Positions 57,709 through 64,000 of a DNA stretch of 64,000 nucleotides are shown one piece after another. The notes under the pieces were generated by a model that saw only the letters and a list, made by a program, of their open reading frames with translations, ran no database searches and was not told the origin of the DNA. The first letter of the stretch is position 1. The number at the start of each line of letters is the position of its first letter. This DNA comes from an uncultured Thermotogaceae bacterium (GTDB lineage Bacteria > Thermotogota > Thermotogae > MWEM01): assembly GCA_964604305.1 (NCBI GenBank), contig CAZRYM010000003.1, forward strand, positions 9,186-73,185, in the 5' to 3' direction. The translations under genes were made by a program, and so were the position numbers.

Positions 57709-57807
57709 ATGAGGCATTTGGTAAAACAGGGAAAAATGAAAGAAGTTTTATTTGAAACAGATTTGACAAATAGAGCAGAAGAATTAATTGATAGATTGAA
57801 ACTTTGA
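57709..57807 (+). CDS. Candidate small protein MRHLVKQGKMKEVLFETDLTNRAEELIDRLKL (32 aa; not in the ORF track)
   Basis: GGAGG at 57697-57701, 7 nt before the ATG, and tandem stops TGA TGA. It fills an otherwise empty spacer. No family recognised. Confidence 0.45.
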   Translation: MRHLVKQGKMKEVLFETDLTNRAEELIDRLKL

Positions 57808-57903
57808 TGATCCTTTTTTTTAGTTTTTGAAACAATCCAAAAAGACTTGATTTTTTTAGTCTTGTGATGTATAATACATCGCGCTTTGAAACGAAAGCTA
57901 TTT

Positions 57904-57979
57904 GGGCTCTTAGCTCATCTGGTAGAGCTCTCGGCTCATAACCGAGTGGTGGGAGGTTCGAGTCCTCCAGAGCCCACCA
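57904..57979 (+). tRNA. tRNA with CAT anticodon, most likely tRNA-Ile2 (lysidine); not an initiator
   Basis: Cloverleaf with acceptor GGGCTCT/AGAGCCC, anticodon arm CTCGG-CTCATAA-CCGAG, GTTCGA T-loop and encoded CCA. Position 1:72 is paired and there is no GGG/CCC stem. The CTCATAA loop matches Ile2 tRNAs as recalled. Confidence 0.88.
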
Positions 57980-57989
57980 TGGTAACAAT

Positions 57990-58066
57990 CGGGGTGTGGC
58001 GCAGATTGGGAGCGTGTCAGCATGGGGCGTTGAAGGTCGCTGGTTCAAGTCCAGTCACCCCGACCA
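57990..58066 (+). tRNA. tRNA-Pro(GGG)
   Basis: Acceptor CGGGGTG/CACCCCG, anticodon arm TCAGC-ATGGGGC-GTTGA, TTCAAGT T-loop and encoded CCA. Confidence 0.92.
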
Positions 58067-58068
58067 GG

Positions 58069-58099
58069 AAAACCCTCTCTTTATGAGGGGGTTTTTTTT
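58069..58099. terminator. Terminator after the tRNA pair (also faces the aroKB end)
   Basis: AAAACCCTCTC-tttat-GAGGGGGTTTTTTT. Confidence 0.75.
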
Positions 58100-59603
58100 A
58101 TATGTGGCTTTTTTTTACCACCACTTGAAATGGTTTTCCGGGCTTTTCCAAATCTATATAGACAATTTCATTCTTTGTGTTTTTCTTATCGTTTAGTAAC
58201 CTTTGTTGCATGCTTTTATCCCAGCCATTACTCATCGTATCCAGTTGTTTCTTTGTTATTTTTTCGAAAAAATCACAATAGTTGCTTATTACTGGGTCTT
58301 TTTTCCCTTTTAACATTTTCAACATCCCAAGTGCAACAGCTTTCCCATGGGGGATTTTAAAGGTTGCTTCATATATATGTCCGTAGGTATGGCCCAAATT
58401 CAGAAATTTTCTCTGGGATTTTTCATATGGATCCGCATTGACAATCGTCATCTTATCGTGTATCGCTTTCTCTATAAATTGGGTCATTGCTTTTAGTTGA
58501 GGTTTTTCAACAATAGATTCAGCCAATCTTAGTTGTGAATTTAGGATATCCACATCCTGATTGACCAACAAAGCCGCCTTTAAACCCTCCACCAAACCGT
58601 TTTCAATTTCACTTTTTTCTGTTGAAAAAACGATTAAAGGATCAATATAGACGGTTTTTGGAAAAGCAAAAGTTCCACAGACATTTTTAATTCCCTCAAC
58701 GTTTATCGCGTTTTTTCCACCTAACGCTGCATCTACTTGAGAAAGAAGTGTTGTAGGGATATAATTGAATCCAGTTCCTCGTTTGAATGTGGAACAGGCA
58801 AATCCCGTGATATCTGTGATTGTTCCTCCGCCAAAACCGGTTATCGTTTCTTCGCGTGTTATTGCTTTCTGTATCAGATAACTCCAAGTCTTGTTAAGAT
58901 TCTCATAATTCTTTGCCTCTTCACCATCAGGAAGAATTAGAAAATTGTAGTTTTGAAAAAACGAAGAATAAATCGAATGAACCGATTTTGATGTGATGAT
59001 ATGTGCACTTTCATTTATCAGACATTCTGCCATAAAGGGACTTATGATAACCGGATGGATTCCTTCCAGTGTGTTCATTTCTTTTTCTTTCCCAAATCCC
59101 GTTTTATCGGATATATCATATAAAAGTTGCGGTAGTTTTTTGATATCAATATCTTGTTTATTAAATGATATTGAAGGGAAAAATTCAAAATACTCTCTTC
59201 TTTTATGAAAAAGGGTTGTAAGTTTCTCTCGGGTATTCCCTTTTAAGAGGGGTCGTTTGTCAGAATCAGAATTCAATTGTTTTAGTAGTTCATCAATGGT
59301 TTTTTTGAGATAAATTGTATTCGTTTTCTTCAATAAAGTCCTGTTTTCAGGATTTTCGACAATACCGCCACCGGTAGAACAAATCAAATCCCCTTTCATA
59401 TCAATACATTTCAATAAGGCTTCTCTTTCTAAATTCCTAAAATATGGCTCGCCGTTTTCAGCAAATAAATCTGGAATACAACGCCCGCATCTTTCTTCAA
59501 TCATATTATCAGTGTCAACATGGGGGATATTTAAGAACTCCGACAAAGTTCTTCCCAGTAAGCTCTTTCCCGCTCCGGGCATTCCGATAAGAAAGAGTTT
59601 CAT
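58098..59603 (-). CDS. aroKB: Shikimate kinase / 3-dehydroquinate synthase fusion
   Basis: IGMPGAGKS, GE.YFR..E, STGGGIV, RPLL, then FGGG.ITDITGF, RG......PTTLLSQVDA..GGKN and LNLGHT.GH. ATG 59603 overlaps the aroC stop. Confidence 0.92.
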   Translation of the reverse strand: MKLFLIGMPGAGKSLLGRTLSEFLNIPHVDTDNMIEERCGRCIPDLFAENGEPYFRNLEREALLKCIDMKGDLICSTGGGIVENPENRTLLKKTNTIYLKKTIDELLKQLNSDSDKRPLLKGNTREKLTTLFHKRREYFEFFPSISFNKQDIDIKKLPQLLYDISDKTGFGKEKEMNTLEGIHPVIISPFMAECLINESAHIITSKSVHSIYSSFFQNYNFLILPDGEEAKNYENLNKTWSYLIQKAITREETITGFGGGTITDITGFACSTFKRGTGFNYIPTTLLSQVDAALGGKNAINVEGIKNVCGTFAFPKTVYIDPLIVFSTEKSEIENGLVEGLKAALLVNQDVDILNSQLRLAESIVEKPQLKAMTQFIEKAIHDKMTIVNADPYEKSQRKFLNLGHTYGHIYEATFKIPHGKAVALGMLKMLKGKKDPVISNYCDFFEKITKKQLDTMSNGWDKSMQQRLLNDKKNTKNEIVYIDLEKPGKPFQVVVKKSHI

Positions 59604-60700
59604 ATTAACACATCCTGTTGTTCGAAGCATTTCGGGTTTAAATAAAAGTCCATTAACGTAATAGCTACGACTGCTTCAGTAACAATTGCAGCCGGGGCAA
59701 TTGCCGTTACATCTGACCGGACATAATCAACAGTCTCATTTTTTAAAGTTTCCACATTCACCGATTCGATACCCATGGAAAGTGAAGGGATTGGTTTAAA
59801 AAAAATTGTGATGATGATTGGTTGTCCATTGGAAATGCCACCTTCAATGCCTCCTGCGTTATTTGTTTTTCTATAGATTACCCGTTCATTGACAGAAAAT
59901 CTATCATGAGCTTGAGAGCCAGTCATTTTATATGTATCGGTATTACCAAAAAAGAGCCCTTTAACGGAGGGAATTGCAGTTATATTGGCGGCAAGCAGAG
60001 CATCCAGTCTTGTCATGGGTGAGGAAAAGCTTCCGAAACCAGCTTTTAATCCTTTAACGATAATTTTCACACTACCGCCTAACGTATCCCCTTCTTTGGC
60101 AGAATCGTCAATGTGTTTTTTTATCTTCTCATTGATCTTTTCATCAAGACTAAAGGTTGCAAAAGAATTTCTCTTTTTGCGTAATATGGAAATTTGTTCA
60201 TCTTCATAATGGTTGTAATCCTGTTCAGAGCCACATGATTCAACGTATCCAAGGAGTTCAACCCCCTTGTATTTAAGCCACTGTCTGCATAGGCTACCCG
60301 CAGCAACTGTGGCTGCTGTTCTGCGAGCACTTGAACCTTCAGCGTAAATTCTCATATCCTGATGAGCGTATTTTTTATAAGCAGCATAATCAGCGTGTCC
60401 GGGTCGAGGTACTTTTCTTTCATTTGAATCTTCGGGATAAGTACCTCGATTTTTTATTTTCATGACAAGAGGCATATTTGTTGTGAATTGCTTCCAGATA
60501 CCTGATTCAAATTCGACAGTATCTTTTTCCTGTTTCATTCTGGCACCACGGCCATATCCGATTTGTCTTAATCTAAGATCTTCATTTATATCGTTGAGAT
60601 TGGGTGAAAAACCGAAAGGAAAGTTTTCTATGACGGCATAAACGGCTGGTCCATGTGAATCCCCTGCTATCTGAACTTTTAGATTGTTTAGTATAAACAT
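59600..60700 (-). CDS. aroC: Chorismate synthase
   Basis: GDSHG, GYGRGARM, PRPGHAD, SSAR, NNAGGIEGGISNG, KPIPS, RSDV. Confidence 0.93.
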   Translation of the reverse strand: MFILNNLKVQIAGDSHGPAVYAVIENFPFGFSPNLNDINEDLRLRQIGYGRGARMKQEKDTVEFESGIWKQFTTNMPLVMKIKNRGTYPEDSNERKVPRPGHADYAAYKKYAHQDMRIYAEGSSARRTAATVAAGSLCRQWLKYKGVELLGYVESCGSEQDYNHYEDEQISILRKKRNSFATFSLDEKINEKIKKHIDDSAKEGDTLGGSVKIIVKGLKAGFGSFSSPMTRLDALLAANITAIPSVKGLFFGNTDTYKMTGSQAHDRFSVNERVIYRKTNNAGGIEGGISNGQPIIITIFFKPIPSLSMGIESVNVETLKNETVDYVRSDVTAIAPAAIVTEAVVAITLMDFYLNPKCFEQQDVLI

Positions 60701-60711
60701 TCTTTCCTCCT

Positions 60712-61971
60712 CTAAAGTGTGATCTCTTTCAATTTTTCAAAAAAACCTGGAAAAGATACCGAAACACATTCATGTCTCTCTACTTTAACGCCTTCCTGAG
60801 ACAGGACACCGCAAATACCTCCAAGCATTGCCATTCGGTGATCGTTATGACTATCAGCAACGCCCCCTTTTATTGTTTGAGGACCTTCGATTTCAAATCC
60901 ATCCTCGTATTCTTTTATGTAAACACCAAGATTTCTTAAGATTTCACAGAGAATTGCAATCCTGTCTGACTCTTTTACCCTCAGCTCAGAAGCGTTCCTG
61001 ACTATAGTTTTCCCTTTAGCGTGACAGCCCAATATCGCTACCAGAGGCAGCTCATCAATCATATTTGGAATATAGTGGTCCGGAACTTGTATGCCTTTCA
61101 GATCCGAGCTTTTAACCCGAATATCCGCATAAGGTTCTAGATCATCGTGCTGATTATAGACAACTGCCTCTGCCCCCATTAACTTCATTATATCAAGTAA
61201 AGCGGTTCTTGATCTGTTTGTTGAACAGTTTTTTATTCTAAGAGATGCGTTCTTATGACAAGCAGAAAGTGCCAAGAAAAATGATGCAGAGGAAAAATCT
61301 CCGGGAATCGTCATTACAAGCCCTTTTATTTCCGAAGGATTAAGCTCAATCTTCTCATCATTGACTTTAATTTCAGCTCCCATTTGTGATAACAATCTTT
61401 CGGTATGGTCTCTGGTTTTAATCTTTTCATAAACTGTTGTTTGTCCATTGGCTTTTAATCCCGCCAGCAATATGGCACTTTTGACTTGTGCGCTTCTTTT
61501 CACGTTTTCATATCTAATACCTTCAAGAGTTCCTCCCTTGATTGAATAAGGAAGGAATCCTTTCTTTCCTTTCCAGGTAAACACACCACCCATTTTAGAA
61601 ATCGGGGTGGAAATCCGTTCCATAGGGCGTGCTGTTAAGGATTCATCTCCAGAAAATTCATAAATCCCTTCATACGCTGATACAAGCCCTGAGACCAGTC
61701 TGGTGGTGGTACCGGAATTTCCACAAAACAACTGACTACTTTTAGGTTTTGTAAAAGGGAAGACGGTCATTTTATTAAAATTCCCTGAAAAACCAACTCC
61801 AAGTTTTTCCATAGCACTTAACGAACTTTTCACATCATCAGATTCTAAGATGTTGCTAATCGTAGATGGACTTTTCGCAATACCGGTTATGATAAATGCC
61901 CTATGGCTTATTGATTTATCAGGTGGAACCGAAATACTCCCGCTTAGCTTTTTTGATGGGGAAATTTCCAA
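60712..61971 (-). CDS. aroA: EPSP synthase (class II)
   Basis: PDKSISHRA, CGNSGTT.RL, SAQVKSA, RDHTE, IDELP, ELRVKESDR, DHRMAM. Confidence 0.95.
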   Translation of the reverse strand: MEISPSKKLSGSISVPPDKSISHRAFIITGIAKSPSTISNILESDDVKSSLSAMEKLGVGFSGNFNKMTVFPFTKPKSSQLFCGNSGTTTRLVSGLVSAYEGIYEFSGDESLTARPMERISTPISKMGGVFTWKGKKGFLPYSIKGGTLEGIRYENVKRSAQVKSAILLAGLKANGQTTVYEKIKTRDHTERLLSQMGAEIKVNDEKIELNPSEIKGLVMTIPGDFSSASFFLALSACHKNASLRIKNCSTNRSRTALLDIMKLMGAEAVVYNQHDDLEPYADIRVKSSDLKGIQVPDHYIPNMIDELPLVAILGCHAKGKTIVRNASELRVKESDRIAILCEILRNLGVYIKEYEDGFEIEGPQTIKGGVADSHNDHRMAMLGGICGVLSQEGVKVERHECVSVSFPGFFEKLKEITL

Positions 61972-62306
61972 TTGTCAGCCTCCTCACTCATAAATCCATG
62001 AGATTTATTTGCTTTATTATACATGAAGGAAGTAGCATAATGATTGAACAGGATAATTCAACGGATATTAAAAGAAAATTGTTCTTTTGTATAAGTATTT
62101 GGTATATAATATAAAGGTAAATGAAAATATAATAAAAATCTTTGCTATTTTGAATAAATGATAGGCTTAAAACTGAACAATTAACTTTTAATAAGAGGAA
62201 GCTTTTAAAGATTGACTCTAGCATTGAAGGAGATGATTAGTTTTATTTGACTAGTACTAGCAAATTTCATAATCAAAAAAACTATATCATCAAAAGGAGG
62301 GTAAAG

Positions 62307-63752
62307 ATGGAGAAAAAAGAAAGACTTACTGGTACTTCCGGAAGTCCGGTACCTGATAATCAAACATCTATAACAGCGGGAGAACGTGGTCCTATTTTAA
62401 TGCAAGACCATTACCTCATTGACAAATTGGCTCACTTTAACCGTGAGCGAATTCCTGAACGGGTAGTGCATGCCAAGGCAGCAGGCGCTCACGGTACTCT
62501 CACTGTAACTCAGGACATCACGAAATATACCAAGGCGAAGATTTTTTCTGAAGTGGGGAAAAAAACCGAGATGTTGGGAAGATTTTCAACTGTTGCTGGA
62601 GAAAAGGGATCTGCGGATACGGTCAGAGATGTCCGGGGTTTTGCTTTAAAATTCTATACGGAAGAAGGAAATTGGGATTTGGTTGGAAACAACACCCCTG
62701 TCTTCTTTATTCGTGATGGTATTAAATTTCCGGATTTCATTCATACACAAAAACGCGATCCTCAGACAAATTGTAAAGATGACACCATGCAGTGGGACTT
62801 TTGGTCACAAGTTCCCGAATCTCTTCATCAGGTGACCATACTGTTTTCTGACCGTGGAATTCCAGCCGGAATTCCTTACATGAACGGTTATGGGAGTCAT
62901 ACCTTCAGCTTTATCAATAGTGAAAATGAGAGGTTCTGGGTAAAATTTCATTTCAAGACTCAACAGGGAATTAAAAATCTATCTCCGGAAGAAGCGGATA
63001 GACTTGCAGGAGAAGATCCTGATTATCATACTATGCAACTGTTCAATGTCATCAATAACGGAGCTTTTCCAAGTTGGAAATTATACGTACAAATCATGCC
63101 GGAAAAAGAAGCTGAAACGTACACTTGGAACCCCTTTGACTTAACAAAGGTTTGGCCGCATAAAGATTATCCCTTAATGGAAGTGGGTATTCTGGAATTG
63201 AATAAAAATCCACAAAACTATTTTGTCGAAGTTGAGCAGGCTGCATTTTCTCCTGCAAATGTTGTTCCTGGCATTTCTTTCTCGCCGGATAAAATGCTTC
63301 AGGCAAGACTCTTTGCCTATGCAGACGCACACAGATATCGTCTTGGTACTAATTATGAGAGGTTACCCATTAACCAACCACATGCTGCAAAAGTGAACAA
63401 TACGTATCAAAGGGATGGAAGCATGAGATATGACGATAACGCCGGCGGAGGTCCCAATTATGAACCAAACAGTTTTGGAGGCCCAAGAGAAGATCCGGCA
63501 TATAAAGAACCCCCGTTGAAGATTTCAGGGAATGCGGATTATTATGAGCAAAAACGCGGTGTAGATGATGATTACATACAACCTGGCAATCTCTTCAGGT
63601 TGATGTCTGCCGAACAACAGTCTTATCTCTTCAAAGCTATTGCCGGTAGCCTAAAGAAAGCTCCAAAAGATATTCAAAAACGGATGTTAAAGCATTTTTA
63701 CAAAGCGGATGATAATTATGGCAAGGGAGTTGAAGAGGCTCTTAATCAGTAA
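62307..63752 (+). CDS. katA: Monofunctional small-subunit heme catalase
   Basis: [14 protein letters not shown] (distal His), [17 protein letters not shown], proximal [16 protein letters not shown] 62307 follows AGGAGG. Confidence 0.96.
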   Translation: MEKKERLTGTSGSPVPDNQTSITAGERGPILMQDHYLIDKLAHFNRERIPERVVHAKAAGAHGTLTVTQDITKYTKAKIFSEVGKKTEMLGRFSTVAGEKGSADTVRDVRGFALKFYTEEGNWDLVGNNTPVFFIRDGIKFPDFIHTQKRDPQTNCKDDTMQWDFWSQVPESLHQVTILFSDRGIPAGIPYMNGYGSHTFSFINSENERFWVKFHFKTQQGIKNLSPEEADRLAGEDPDYHTMQLFNVINNGAFPSWKLYVQIMPEKEAETYTWNPFDLTKVWPHKDYPLMEVGILELNKNPQNYFVEVEQAAFSPANVVPGISFSPDKMLQARLFAYADAHRYRLGTNYERLPINQPHAAKVNNTYQRDGSMRYDDNAGGGPNYEPNSFGGPREDPAYKEPPLKISGNADYYEQKRGVDDDYIQPGNLFRLMSAEQQSYLFKAIAGSLKKAPKDIQKRMLKHFYKADDNYGKGVEEALNQ

Positions 63753-63754
63753 AT

Positions 63755-63790
63755 AAAAAAGGACACATCCGTACGGATGTGTCCTTTTTT
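63755..63790. terminator. Perfect 36-bp palindrome, bidirectional terminator
   Basis: AAAAAAGGACACATCCGTACGGATGTGTCCTTTTTT between convergent genes. Confidence 0.85.
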
Positions 63791-63817
63791 ATGTTTTTCA
63801 TGAATTTTCTGATCAAT

Positions 63818-64000
63818 TTATAACATCTTCATTTTCAGATTTCGATATCTGTTTATGGCGAACAATAGTTCTTGCTTTCTTACGTATGACAAGTTGCCGG
63901 GATGCCTACCCTTGTATTTTGAAATCTCTTCTAACCCTTTTTCTACAATCAAAGCCATGGCAGTTTCTATGATCTCAACTAAATTTATGGTTTTATCGTG
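63818..64000 (-). CDS. C-terminal fragment of a probable 'ABC-class ATPase' family protein (PF09818-like); not in the ORF track
   Basis: Manual translation gives ...IVEKGLEEISKYKGRHPGNLSYVRKQELLFAINRYRNLKMKML*, resembling the recalled G.L..PR..E..AA.NR.R C-terminus of that family. Confidence 0.6.
   Translation of the reverse strand, partial: HDKTINLVEIIETAMALIVEKGLEEISKYKGRHPGNLSYVRKQELLFAINRYRNLKMKML

Noticed and set aside
57904-58100. tRNA pair as an integration site for an island or prophage
   Set aside because: No integrase, no duplicated tRNA 3' end seen, and the flanks are housekeeping genes.
57704-58196. ORF-track entries overlapping the tRNAs (114, 66 and 66 aa)
   Set aside because: They are shadows of two well-formed tRNA genes.
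59600-60700. AroC signature reads EGSSARRT instead of the usual ERxSARET
   Set aside because: Other chorismate synthase motifs are intact and this signature is variable in Thermotogota as I recall, so it is not enough to call loss of function.
61988-62224. 78-aa minus ORF upstream of aroA containing DFYYIFIYLYIIY, considered as a second aromatic leader peptide
   Set aside because: It has no SD, the F/Y run is expected from AT-rich promoter DNA, the ORF is too long, and no terminator/antiterminator lies between it and aroA.
62251-62260. CTAGTACTAG palindrome upstream of catalase, considered as a PerR box
   Set aside because: It does not match the TTATAAT-N-ATTATAA consensus, is single copy, and the local promoter spacing is poor.

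Overview
AT-rich bacterial chromosomal window of mostly housekeeping and metabolic genes. The organism is most likely Thermotogota (inference). The evidence is a Thermotoga-like glutamate dehydrogenase and 60-aa ferredoxin, an AroK-AroB fusion, a DAHP synthase with an N-terminal regulatory domain, rsmI-marR adjacency and an ftsA-like/pfkB/CBS/mtaB/aminotransferase-IV cluster. About 55 CDSs and two tRNAs (CAT anticodon, probably Ile2, and Pro-GGG) are present. No CRISPR array, IS element, integrase, prophage or rRNA was found. The most interesting signals are non-coding. (1) An unannotated 21-aa leader peptide containing Phe-Tyr-Tyr-Tyr sits in front of aroF-aroQ with a complete 1:2 / 2:3 / 3:4 attenuator. 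(2) A TATACC-N4-GGTATA operator occupies the same position in the promoters of a TetR gene and of the GH13 amylase downstream. (3) An AACATATGTT palindrome is shared by the divergent gdhA and tetR-ABC promoter regions. Protein-level oddities are an FtsA-like protein with a repeated beta-grasp-like tail, a HAMP-less short MCP coupled to its own CheW, an orphan oadB, and a heme catalase plus peroxidase in a presumed anaerobe. There are also possible non-canonical or damaged starts and an unannotated 32-aa ORF. All motif calls were made by eye and no database searches were run. Statements about T. maritima are recalled from memory and need verification.
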